A stretch of DNA of 64,000 bases from Heptranchias perlo (lineage: Eukaryota): assembly GCF_035084215.1 (NCBI RefSeq), contig NC_090346.1, positions 41,478,001 to 41,542,000 on the forward strand. Reading direction: 5' to 3'. This document shows, in pieces, positions 39,281-50,809 of this stretch. The notes beneath the pieces are model-generated. The model was given only the letters and a program-made list of their open reading frames with translations. It ran no database searches and was not told the origin of the DNA. Position 1 is the stretch's first letter; each line of letters opens with the position of its first letter. The position numbers and the translations under genes were made by a program.

Positions 39281-39487
39281 ATGATGTGGAGATGCCGGTG
39301 ATGGACTGGGGTGGACAAATGTAAGGAATCTTACAACACCAGGTTATAGTCCAACAATTTTATTTTAAAATCACAAGCTTTCGGAGATTATCCCCTTCGT
39401 CAGGTGACGAAGGGGATAATCTCCGAAAGCTTGTGATTTTAAAATAAAATTGTTGGACTATAACCTGGTGTTGTAAGATTCCTTACA
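39281..39487. mobile_element. Penelope-derived palindromic mini-element (family A) with 11-bp TSD
   Basis: Perfect 84-bp inverted arms 39319-39402 / 39405-39488; TCTATTTATAA duplicated; same terminus as the PLE at 43343. Confidence 0.9.
39371..39407 (-). ncRNA. Minimal type I hammerhead ribozyme-like motif
   Basis: UCAC-CUGACGA-A-GGGGA(UAA)UCUCC-GAAAGCUU-GUGA. Confidence 0.7.
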
Positions 39488-40199
39488 TCTATTTATAAAA
39501 CCCAGGATCCCGTATGCTTTTTTAACCACTTTCTCAACCTGCCCTGCCATCTTCAACGATTTGTGTACATATACCCCCAGATCTCTCTGTTCCTGTGCCC
39601 CATGGGGAAAGTGCTCCTCCCCTGGTGCTCAGCACTGCTTCTCTCGACTCTGCTCCCGCTTTTGTACAGATACCTGGAACTCCTGCCCTGGTGCTCAGCA
39701 CCGCTTCTCGGGACTAAATAATCAATTTATTTGTAGGTAATTACTTTTTAGTCTGTTTTGGGGCTTTTTCACTGCTTTTTAAATTTAGTACCTCCTTCCC
39801 CCTTTACACCTAATTCCTACTCTCACCAAATTCTCAAGTTCCCATTCAGTTCATGAACTACTCTCTTTTTGATGCACTCTGCGCTTTAGCAGGTAACCTT
39901 CTACTTTGTACACCCTTTTGAGAACAGCAGTTAAAACTGCTCAATCGGCTTATTAATTCTCGATTATCCACCAATTTCCCACTATCCACTGACGTGGTTA
40001 ATGCACAGTCGATATTGCAGGTCATCGCTATCAAATGTGGAAAAACCACAATAGTTCCAGTGTATTGTTCTTCATCTCCATATATAAAGGCCAATTCAGC
40101 GATCCCAGATAAAGAAGCTGCCAGGATCACTGCAGGAGACCTGAGCCAGCAGAGTGGTGAGCAAGCCTCATGGCACACAGCAGGATCAGCACATTACTA

Positions 40200-40290
40200 T
40201 AACAACAACAGTAACTTGCATTTATATAGCGCCTTTAACATAGTAAAACATCCCAAGGCGCTTCACAGGAGCGTAATCAAACGAAATTTG
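40200..40290 (-). mobile_element. L2 3' end fragment
   Basis: Near-identical to 23575-23668. Confidence 0.85.
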
Positions 40291-42611
40291 AGAATACACA
40301 CCTATGCAGTTTGAGCCTTACACAGGGAGTGAGGTAAAGGATGCCCACAGAATAATCCCTAAGTTAAAGGCATGTGGCCACGTAAGACAATTTAAAAAAA
40401 AAATTTGTTGTTGAAGTTTCTAAAGAAATGTGTTTCTCAAGTGTCAATTTTTCTTGTCTTTCTGCAAATTTTGTAACATAAAACATTTACATGGAGGATG
40501 ACGTGGCAGTGAAATCTGTTGTGGAATTTAATCCATTTACAATTGAAAGAAAGATGAAGTTCTGGAAAGTGACACATACATGTGCCACAGGGTTGATAAT
40601 AAAACTAGCTTGATGGGTTAGATGCCTAATGTTCACCAAAATGTCAGCCCAGCCTAAACAAAAAGGCTCATGTTTAATGGACTTCCTTTTCTGGATTTCT
40701 GAACCTGCCTCTGAAACTGCTCTCCCCCCAAATCAGTGACTGGAGAACACTATACTGGATCTAGCCATTATTTTATCGATAGAGCATTTTACTGAAAGAG
40801 CTTTTTGAAAACTCCATTTCCATTTCTGACCTAATTATTGTACAGACAAAAGGAAATGTTTTTAAAAAATAGATTCATAAACTTGCTTTCATCTTTGCAA
40901 CATCAGTTGGAGATTGTCCCATTGAAATAAATGAAAATCTGAAATTGGCAGCAAAAAGTGACATATTTTCTAACACAGCACCAGATATTTTATTATATTT
41001 TGATTGATTATCTAAAGAAAGGTTCAATGAGTATTCATTCCAAAATATTGTTAGAGATGAATGATGGGCAATACTTTAATCTGAAATTCTTAAACAGAAA
41101 TTGTAATGCTTCCTTCACTTTGACTGAAATTGCTAACATCAGTTTCATGCCACTTTTTGCATGTTTAATGTTTTACTCCAGTCCTAGATATATCGTATGT
41201 AACGTCTTGATCTATAAAGGAACACACCAAGCCCATTTCATTTACCAGATGGTGATAGTGGATAACTTTGCTTGTCACATGTAAAGTAAATTGTACTGAA
41301 TAGAATGATGTACATATTTACAAGTGGCTTGTAAGTCAGGTTTTGAAAGATAAACAATTTCAAGGTTGACGCAAATTACTTGGATGCCACGTGATGTTAG
41401 CACGTTAAAATCATGTGATCGGTTTCATATGCCCCATCTAAACATATGCAACTTTGAAACAGGATGGTTTTAACATCTGTTTTTCTACAACCCTTCCTCC
41501 CCAGAATCGAATGCCCAAACCACAGAGGAAAAATAGTTCTGTATTAATATATAAATAGTAGTAATCTCTGTCTATTTTTTAAATTGCTTACTGTTAGTAA
41601 AGATGCAATAACTGCTATTATCAGATATATTTTATAAATGAATATATAGATTTTTCAGCTCCCATTGTGAGAACTGTGGTAAGGATATAGTGTTGATACC
41701 AAGTCAGAGCAGTCATAACAAGTTATTGTGATCTAGCATATACATCAATTTTATTGTGGATGATACATTTTGTATCAAATTGTAAGTCCTTATACAGATT
41801 GAAATGGTGTTTAATAATACTATACAGTGTAAGGTGGGATGGCAGGTCATCAATCTAAAACAATGAGCAGTGCATGCTCCCTATGTTGGGACACTAAGGT
41901 TCCTTCACTGCAGTGGGAGATGTGATGCACGAAGAGTATTTTCACTAGTAGACTTAACTGGGCTGGTAAAAAATGAACTTTGCAGTCATAAGTAAGTTTA
42001 ATTTATTCCACTGGTTGAAATATTTCTCATGTTCCATACCCCACTGTACAATATTCTGTGTATCACAAAATAATAAGGTCTCTGTTTCAAAATGACCCTA
42101 ATCAATCCCCTCCCCCCCCAAGTCTCTCTCTTCTATTGTACTATTGGCAGTTACATTATAACTGTTTGATTATTACCTCACACACTTGCTATTTAACTTA
42201 ACTTCTCCTTAACTGTTTGCAAGCCCTGCATGGTGGGCCTTGTCCCTACAACTTGATTCCTCAATTTAAAAAAATTGTGAAAATATGGCAAGTATATGTA
42301 GCGATGACAATCTCATGAATCATAATCTGAATTATCTGCTAAATGTACATATTCAGGAACTGATAATATTAAAAAATTGAATCTTTATAATGCGGTGGGA
42401 AGACGGGTGCACTGTGATCTGTATTTTTTCTATTCTACGAAACTGAAGAATTATCTCAGTGTATTTGCAGCCTTACCTGTAATATTTGTCATAATTATTG
42501 AATTATTCCATCTTTTCAATAAAATGTTTATGTATATGGTCATTTGATTCTATCTTAATCCACTGCTAAAAGTATAACCGCTGAAACAATATCAGTGCAA
42601 TTACTGTTACA

Positions 42612-42764
42612 ATGATGTGGAGATGCCGGTGATGGACTGGGGTGGACAAATGTAAGGAATCTTACAACACCAGGTTATAGTCCAACCGTTTTATTTGAAA
42701 ATCACAAGCTTTCGGAGGCTTTCTCCTTCGTCAGGTGAGTCCCATTACATTACATTCCTTACAT
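42612..42764 (-). mobile_element. Penelope family A terminal module (solo) with collapsed inverted arm
   Basis: Matches 43343-43470; remnant ATTCCTTACAT of the inverted arm; TSD-like TTACTGTTACAA / TTACTATTACAA. Confidence 0.85.
42702..42738 (-). ncRNA. Minimal hammerhead ribozyme-like motif
   Basis: UCAC-CUGACGA-A-GGAG(AAAGC)CUCC-GAAAGCUU-GUGA. Confidence 0.7.
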
Positions 42765-42869
42765 TACTATTACAACACTGCAACGTTTCACTCATTGCTC
42801 CTTTGCCTCTTATTTTTATTAGTAATTGACATTTTTAGATATAAAACTTTCTTTTTCAAAATGTTTTCC

Positions 42870-43250
42870 CCCTCCCCCTCCTGACTCTTGCTGGGATACA
42901 GTTCCACTGACGTCAGCAGCTGTCTCCATACCTTGCCTGACCTCATTTGTTATAGGTGAGTCAAGACTGCCAGTGCTAGCAGACTATTTGGATCATTAAG
43001 GAGATCACTATTGAGTTCAATCTTCTCACCTAATTGCATTTTCCAACAGAGATCACTAGATAGTGATTAGAGGGGCACCTTCATTTGATTTTTGTTCTCC
43101 CTCTTAGTAGCCCAGAGCCAACTGTAGCTGTCCAACTGCCATCCTGGCTAAGATCAACTAACTAAGCACAAGTCAAGATCTGAACATTGAGTCTTCTGGC
43201 TGAGTTCCCCACTCGGGATGCCTTTATTTACTGGGCCATCAGTGAACAAA
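42870..43250 (-). mobile_element. Old SINE family copy (unnamed)
   Basis: GATCACTAGATAG...GATCAACTAACTAAGCACA, the reverse of the 27745 and 57870 copies. Confidence 0.5.
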
Positions 43251-43342
43251 CTGGTATTTTTTTAATGTTATTTTCTTATTATTTTGAATCTAATCACATA
43301 AAGAGAATCATGATTCTGAGATCTTCCTACACTTATTTTACC

Positions 43343-45305
43343 ATGATGTGGAGATGCCGGTGATGGACTGGGGTGGACAAATGTAAGGAGTCGCACAACA
43401 CCAGGTTATAGTCCAACAGCTTTATTTGAAATCACAAGCTTTCGGAGCTTTGCTCCTTCGTCAGGTGAGTGAAGAGTTGCATAAAGGCACAACATATATA
43501 GTCAGAGAACAATGCCTGGTGATTACAAATAATCTTTCTAACTGCCCTTTATCACACCTCGGCAGAGAGATAATCACAGCAATCAATGGTGTTCAGACAG
43601 GTTAGTCAGGGAAACATTACATCCAAGAATACTGAGGTGGGGTCACAAGGGGTCAAATCAGAAAGACAGAGAGAGAGAGAGAGAGACCAGAAAGACAGAG
43701 AGAGAGAGAGATGACCAGTTGTATTAAAAACAGATAACTTTTTTTTGCTGGAAATCGCAGCAGGTCCGGCCATATTTGTGTATGGAGAACAAGCCAACTA
43801 CGACTTGAGTATGGATGACTCTACGTCAGGTGGCTATCAATTTCTGCTCGACGATTTTGCATTGTCGTGTGTCTCGAAGGCCGCCTTGGAGAACGCTTAT
43901 CCGAAGATCGGAGGCTGAATGTCCTTGACTGCTGAAGTGTTCCCCGACTGGGAGGGAACCCTCCTGTCTGGCGATTGTTGCGCGGTGTCCGTTCATCCGT
44001 TGTCGCAGTGTCTGCATGGTCTCGCCGATGTACCATGCTCCGGGGCATCCTTTCCTGCAACGTATGAGGTAGACAACGTTGGCCGAGTCACAGGAGTATA
44101 AACCATGTACTTGGTGGGTGGTGTCCTCTCGTGTGATGGTGGTATCTGTGTCGATGATCTGGCATGTCTTGCAGAGGTTGCCGTGGCAGGGTTGTGTGGT
44201 GTCGTGGACGCTGTTCTCCTGAAAGCTGGGTAATTTGCTGCGAACGATGGTCTGTTTGAGGTTAGGTGGCTGTTTGAAGGCGAGTAGTGGAGGCGTGGGG
44301 ATGGCCTTAGCGAGGTGTTCGTGGTCATCGATGACATGTTGAAGGCTGCGAAGAACATGGTGTAGTTTCTCCGCTCCGGGGAAGTACTGGACGACAAAGG
44401 GTACTCTGTTGGTTGTGTCCCGTGTTTGTCTTCTGAGGAGGTCTATGCGATTTTTCGCTGCGGCCTGTTGGAACTGTCGATCGACGAGTCGAGCGTCATA
44501 TCCCGTTCTTACGAGGGCGTCTTTCAGCGTCTGTAGGTGTCCATCGCGTTCCTCCTCATCTGAGCAGATCCTGTGTATTCGCAGGGCCTGTCCATAGGGG
44601 ATGGCCTCTTTGACGTGGTTAGGGTGGAAGCTGGAGAAGTGGAGCATCGTGAGGTTGTCCGTGGGCTTGCGGTAGAGTGAGGTGCTGAGGTGCCCGTCTT
44701 TGATGGAGATTCGTGTGTCCAAGAATGAAACCGATTCTGAGGAGTAGTCCATGATGAGTTTGATGGTGGGATGGAACTTGTTGATGTTATCGTGTAGTCT
44801 CTTCAGTGATTCTTCGCCGTGGGTCCATAGGAAGAAAATGTCGTCGATGTATCTGGTGTATAGCGTTGGTTGGAGGTCCTGTGCAGTGAAGAAGTCGTGC
44901 TCGAACTTGTGCATGAAAATGTTGGCGTATTGGGGTGCGAATTTGGTCCCCACGGCTGTTCCGTGTGTTTGGGTAAAGAACTGCTTGTTGAAGGTGAAGA
45001 CATTGTGATCCAGGATGACGCGGATGAGTTGTAGGATGGCGTCTGGAGATTGGCTGTTGTTGGTGTTGAGTACTGAGGCTGTCGCAGTGATGCCGTCATC
45101 GTGGGGATACTGGTGTAGAGTGCTGAGACGTCCATCGTGGTGAGAAGTGTTCCTGGTTCAACTGGTCCGTGGGTGCTGAGTTTTTGTAGGAAGTCTGTAG
45201 TGTCGCGACAGAAGCTGGGGGTTCCCTGTACGATGGGTTTCAGGATGCCCTCGATGTATCTGGATACAATGTCTTCACCTTCGACAACCAGTTCTTTACC
45301 CAAAC
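43343..45305 (-). mobile_element. Penelope-like retroelement (Neptune-like), 5'-truncated: RT plus C-terminal GIY-YIG
   Basis: MDVSALYTSIP, MGTKFAPQYANIFM, RYIDDIFF, LYRKPT, Cys linker CHGNLCKTC, VVYLIRC..WYIGET and VGEHF...H; one frameshift near 45103; 3' UTR with (GA)n and hammerhead motif. Confidence 0.93.
43432..43468 (-). ncRNA. Minimal hammerhead ribozyme-like motif in the PLE 3' terminal repeat
   Basis: UCAC-CUGACGA-A-GGAGC(AAA)GCUCC-GAAAGCUU-GUGA, followed by AAUAAA. Confidence 0.72.
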
Positions 45306-45317
45306 AGCAGCAATTTT

Positions 45318-45408
45318 CTGACGAAAGGTCTTCGACCTGAAACGTTCACTCTGTTTCTTTCTCCACAGATGCTGCCTCACTTGCTGAGCTTCTCCAGCAT
45401 TTTCTGTT
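45318..45408 (+). mobile_element. Penelope family B terminal module with hammerhead-like core
   Basis: CTGACGA-A-AGGTC(TTC)GACCT-GAAACGTT; remainder near-identical to 9958-10016. Confidence 0.7.
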
Positions 45409-45464
45409 AACATAAACGAGGTATTGCTTGGCTAAAAATGGTCTCAGATCAGAAATTGTAGTAT

Positions 45465-45690
45465 ATTACATAGAATTTACAGCACAGAAACAGGCCACTT
45501 GCCCGTGTTTATGCTCTACAGGAGCCTCCTCCCACCCTGCTTCATCTAACATTAATCAGCATGTCCTTCCATTCCTTTCTCCCTCATGTACTTATCTAGC
45601 TTCCCCTTATATGCATCTATGCCATTTGCCTCAACTACTCCATGTGGTAGTGAGTTCCACATTCTAACCGTTCTCTGGGTAAAGAAGTTA
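45465..45690 (-). mobile_element. CR1 3' fragment (another subfamily)
   Basis: NFFTQRTVRMWNSLP...KGKLDKYM peptide. Confidence 0.8.
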
Positions 45691-45899
45691 TGCCCAAAAT
45701 GTTCTTCACGTCTGAATGGCGATGTGAAAATCTCAACCTCGTTTGACAAAAAAAAAAATCATAGTTATTGAGCTACGAGTAGTAGGAATGTGAGGGCAGT
45801 GGATGACACTTTACCAGTCAATTCATGCCTTACACTTTTAATGCTCAATTTAAATTATATCTGCACACATTGAAATTCTGTTAAGTGTTGAAAAGTGAG

Positions 45900-46880
45900 A
45901 AAATACATTTACATCGCCGTGCATGATTGAAATCGGTGTAAACTCTTAGCTTCCACGTAATATTGAGCGTCATTTTATGATCGTGTTCGTACGATTAACA
46001 TCGATCGTGAATTACAATGGGAGACAGTGAGAGCCTGTTTTTGTTCAGTGTGAGCTCGGTTACCTGGTCGGATTGCAGACGGCGCGGGACCCTTTTGTGG
46101 GTTTAGGGCATTTTGGAAATGTCTTGAATTTTGATTTTTTTGTGTGTGTTTGTGGGGAGGGGAGGAGGGGGGGGGGGTTGATTGCACACCACACACAAAA
46201 AAAAACTCGACGATAAGACGGAGCGAGGCATGAAAAGCGATGAGGCAGGTTGCAATCCAAGCTGCTGTGTTTGGAGAGCATTTGTGGTGTTTGGATAATG
46301 AGAGATTGGGGTTTTTGGTTTGCTCTCCCAGGATGTTTATTGGTCTGAAACACTGGGCTCCATATCTTGAGGCGTCTTGCTCCCATCGCTGCTCAATCTA
46401 ACCAAAGACCCAGAGTCGCGGATCTGCGGCCGCAAATAATGCATCCGTCGGTCGGGTCTTTGTGCTGGGGGCCGATCGCTGTGAAGAGGCCCCTGACAGA
46501 GTGGGAGTTTTACTACTCCGAGGCCGGCATAAGGCCAATTGCGACCCCGCAGCCGCCAGTGCCCGGCAGCCAGGCGCCTCTGGAAGGGAGCGGAGAGGAA
46601 GGGACCTCAGCTGTCCGAAGCTGCGTCGCCAGCGGAGCCCCGCAGCGGGCGTATCCAGCAAACCCCGGCCCCAGGAAGAGCAGCAGCGGCAGCGGCGGCA
46701 GCCCGGAGGAGATCCAGGCGGCCAAATGGGGATCGGAGATACTCCAGCGGGAAAGAGAGGCTGCGAAAGAGAGTGAGATGCTGGAGAGAGACGATCGGAA
46801 GGCAGCCGCCGTCGCCCTTAAATATATTCGCCCGGACCAGTGCTTGAAGTACATGAGAGTGTGTGTGGACCCAGGTGAGG
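45900..46880. promoter_or_regulatory. CpG island over the EME2 promoter and first exon
   Basis: High GC and CpG content spanning the 5' end of EME2. Confidence 0.7.
46439..46874 (+). CDS. EME2: Crossover junction endonuclease subunit EME2, exon 1 (start codon tentative)
   Basis: KRPLTEWEFYYSEA and RKAAAVALKYIRPDQCLKYMRVCVDP resemble the EME2 N-terminus (RRPPTWEISDSDA; RPEQVLKRLAVCVD); donor CAG|GTGAGG. Confidence 0.8.
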
Positions 46881-47279
46881 GAGGCTCAAACAACAACAAA
46901 AAAAAAAGAAACACAAGGCAGCAACCTTTAAAGCCTGTGCTTTGGATTGTGTTGATTAATCATTATAAACCTGTGGCGGTCTTTGCATTAAGTTTAACGC
47001 TGTGTGATTCGCCCCATAAGGTGTGTGAAATCGTACAGTATGTCGATTCACCCCTCACAGTCAGGCACTGATCAGCGTGAGGTGACATTGTCGCTGGTAT
47101 TTCGTTTAAATTTGTAAGAAATCGATTGAAATGGAAAACAAACAAAAAAAAAAGTTGCAGATTATTCTTGTAACTGATTTTAATAGGCAAGACTTCTTTG
47201 ATAAAGCACAATTAGTTTACCTCAAATCTGAATTCTGTTTGCATCTTAATTTTGAGCTGTTCTATTGCTCCCTCCCCAG

Positions 47280-47428
47280 CTATTCTGGAAGATACAGGTG
47301 GATATGTACTGCTTGATGTTTTGAACTCGCTAGAATCAGAATATAGTGTTGAACCTCAGTCAGTCCCTTCCACTATTACATGGAGAAGAGAATTTCCCCA
47401 AGTCATTTTGGGTGACCAGTCTGATGCG
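47280..47428 (+). CDS. EME2: EME2 exon 2
   Basis: AILEDTGGYVLLDVL...EPQSVPSTITWRR; phase 1 to 0. Confidence 0.9.
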
Positions 47429-48640
47429 GTGAGTTGATACTGTGCATGCCAGGACACCTATCTTTCAAACAGTGTGGTAGCTTTTAAATGCCTACTGTTA
47501 CAGTTATACTATCACTTTCACCACACTGCACAGTAGTGCTGGTATAACTTTAGAGACAGGTCTTGATCAGACTCCAGAATACAACATTGCCAGGCCCCTT
47601 GAGGAGGCTGTCTCTCACTGCTTGGGCTTTTCACTGTATGAAGTATGTGGTGTCAAATCATGTTTTAGAAATGCCCCGGGAGCAGTTGGATGTCCTGGAC
47701 ACTTTATAAACTGAGCAGAGTTTTAAAAAAATTGAGACTGCAAATGCCTCGTGCCTGTGCTCTCAAAACATTTAATATTTGCCAGATGACAGCAGAGCTC
47801 TGTGTTAAGTACAAGCAGGCAACTGCAGAATGCTCACATAACAGCTGAAGTGTGGATTTGCATCCTGTAGTATAAATGGGTGCTGTCACTTACTGCAGCT
47901 ATTGGTCTTAGATTGGTAGTGCAGTATAACCACAGCCTTAAACAGTCACTGTCATTATAAAGAGTGTTCAGTAAATCTTTTCCTGTGTTGTGAAACATGT
48001 TGGGAACTACTGCATTGCAAAATAAAAATCATGTTCAAAATTACACAGGACTGTCTTGGCTACTGCACCTCCCCAGTGACTCCCCAATTTCTTATTCTTG
48101 CACAGATTTACACATCTTACATCTAAATATGCAGCTTTCCATGTACAAGGGACACAGGAAAATAATGAAATCTAGTGAAATAGGAGACACAATTGCTGCA
48201 TAAAAAAGTAACATTCTTCCAAGTTGTGACAAAAGGATATCGAGGCACTAGAATGACAAAGACATTTGTAATGTTACAGGATACATGAATAGTAACCAGA
48301 AAAGGAGAGCTAGTTCACTATCATCTGCAATATATAGTGCTCTGCAGTAGAGACTGGAACATCCAAAAAAATTGCACTAATTTAAAAGAAAAATAGTTCC
48401 TGATAAGTTGACAGTATGTTCAAAGACCTTACAGGATAACATATCCAACCAAATAATCTATCTTTGCCAAATAAAAATGTTAGGATATTTAGGTCCTTTT
48501 TTAGCATCTCTAATCTGGTGTCCTGTATGTCTGAAGGTGGCTAGTCTTTAAAATGAATCCCCAAACTAACAGTATATTCATTATGACAAAACAAAACATA
48601 AGTGAAGTTGTTCTTTCCACTTGCATGTTTTACTGTCATT

Positions 48641-48848
48641 AGGTGTCAGCCTGGGCTCAGTGGTAGCACTCTCCCCTCTGATTTAGATGGTTGTGGGTTC
48701 AAGTCCCACTCCAGAGATTTCAGCACATAATCTAGGCTGTCACTTCAATGCAGTACTGAGGGAATGCTGTCAGAGGGGTCATCTTTTGGATAAGATGTTA
48801 AACTAAGGTGCCGTTGCCCTCTTAGCTGGATGTAAAAGATCCTATATG
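48641..48848 (+). mobile_element. Deu-domain SINE, 5' half (continues at 50466-50482 and 50810-51040)
   Basis: GGCTCAGTGG A-box and GGGTTCAAGTCCC B-box; interrupted by CR1. Confidence 0.85.
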
Positions 48849-50465
48849 TCATAAGAAATGGGAGCAGGAGTAGGCCACGAGGCCCCTCGAGCCTGCTCCG
48901 CCATTCAATAAGATCATGGCTAATCTTCGACCTCAACTCCACTTTCCTGCCCGATCCCCATATCCCTTAATTCCCTTAGAGTTCAAGAATCTATCGATCT
49001 ATCTCAGCCTTGAACATATTCAATGACTGAGCATCCACAGTCCTCTGGGGTAGAGAATTCCAAAGATTCACAACCCTCTGTGTGAAGAAATTCCTCCTCA
49101 TCTCAGTCTTAAATGGCCGACCCCTTATCTTGCACCTATGCCCCCTAGTTCTAGACTCTCCAGCCGGGGGAAAACAACCTCTCAGCATCTACCCAGTCAA
49201 GCCCCCTCAGAATCTTATGTGTTTCAATGAGATCACCTCTCATTCATCTAAACTCCAGAGAGTATAGGCCCATTCTACTCAATCTCTCCTCATGGGACAA
49301 CTCTCTTATCCCAGGAATCAATCTAGTGAACCTTCGTTGCACCGCCTCTAAGGCGAGTATATTCTTCCTTAGATAAGGAGACCAAAACTGTACACAGTAC
49401 TCCAGGTGAGGTCTCACCAGAGCCCTGTATAATTGTAGTAAGTCTTCCTTACTCTTGTACTCCAACCCCCTTGCAAAAAAGGCCAACATGCCATTTGCCT
49501 TCCTAATTGCTTGCTGTACCTGCATGCTAACTTTTTGTGCTTCTTATCCAGAGAGATTTAGGTGTCCTCATACACCAACATTTAATAGTTTCTCACCATT
49601 TAAAAAATATTTTGTTTTTCTATTCTTCCTACCAAATTTCCCCACATTATACTCCATCTGCCACCTTCTTGCCCACTCACTTAACCTGTCTATAACCCTT
49701 TACAGACTGTGTCCTCCTCACAGCTTACTTTCCCACCTAGCTTTGTATAGTCAGCAAACTTGGATACATTACACTCAGTCCCTTCAATCTAAGTCATTAA
49801 TATAGATTGTAAATAGCTGAGGCCCAGGCATCGTTCCTTGCCACACCCCACTAGTTACAGCCTGCCAACCTCAAAATGACTGTTTATCCTTACTCTCTTT
49901 TCTGTCCGTTAACAAATCTTCTATCCATGCTAACATGTTACCCCCCAACCCTATAAGCCCTTGTCTTGCATAACAACCTTTTATGTGGCACCTTATCGAA
50001 TGCCTTTTGAAAATCCAAATATACTACATCCACTGGTTCCTCTTTATCTACCCTGCTAGTTATATCCTCAAAAAACTCCAATAAACTTTGTCAAACATGA
50101 TTTCCCTTTCACAAAACCATGTTGAATCTGCCTAATCATATTATGATTTTCTAAGTGCCCTGTTACCATTTCCTCAATAATGGATTCCAGCATTTTCCGG
50201 ACGACTGATGTCAGGCTAACTGGCTTGTAGTTCCCAGTTTTCTCTCTCCCTCCTTTCTTGAATAGCAGGGTTACATTTGCTACCTTCCAATCCGTTAGGA
50301 CCGTTCTAGAATTTAGGAAGATCACAACCAATGCATCCACTATCTCTGCAGCCACCTCTTTCAGAACCCTCGTATGTAGACCATCAGGTCCAGGGGATTT
50401 ATCGGCTTTTAGTCCCATTAGTTTCTCAAGTACGTTTTCTCTACTGATAATTACTTTAAGTTCCT
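48849..50465 (-). mobile_element. CR1 LINE fragment inserted into the SINE
   Basis: KSPGPDG and RPHLEYCVQFWSP peptides; CR1 3' UTR at 48849-48945. Confidence 0.95.
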
Positions 50466-50482
50466 CACTATTCGAAGAAGAA

Positions 50483-50809
50483 TTGTAAACAATTTTACAA
50501 CACCAAGTTATAGTCCAGCAATTTTATTTTAAATTCACAAGCTTTCGGAGACTTCCTCCTTCCTCAGGTAAATGTTCAGGAGCTCCTTGAAGCCTACGCA
50601 TTTATACATATAGAACAATACATGGTGTTTACAGACTGCCCCTGCAACTGCCCGTTGCCAAGGCAATCACCGTGTTCAGACAGAGAGGTGTCACCTGCAG
50701 AACCCCCGAATACACATTCAACAAAAAAACAAACAGGGAAAAAAAACAGAGAAAAAAAACAGAGAGAGGCAGAAACATCCGGAAGGCAGAGAAAGCCAGC
50801 AAATGACCC
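50483..50809 (-). mobile_element. Penelope-related 3' fragment with 13-bp flanking direct repeat
   Basis: TTACAACACCAAGTTATAGTCCA is shared with the family A modules; ATTCGAAGAAGAA at 50470-50482 and 50810-50822. Confidence 0.75.
50533..50573 (-). ncRNA. Minimal hammerhead ribozyme-like motif (variant)
   Basis: AUUUAC-CUGAGGA-A-GGAGG(AAG)UCUCC-GAAAGCUU-GUGAAU. Confidence 0.7.

Larger units (their letters stand above)
37860..39600 (-). mobile_element. CR1 3' fragment interrupted by two younger insertions
   Basis: CR1 pieces 37860-38290, about 39083-39280 and 39488-39600 are collinear once the inserts are removed. Confidence 0.85.

Noticed and set aside
48641-48720. tRNA gene
   Set aside because: The A/B boxes belong to a SINE head; there is no cloverleaf and it continues into the SINE body.
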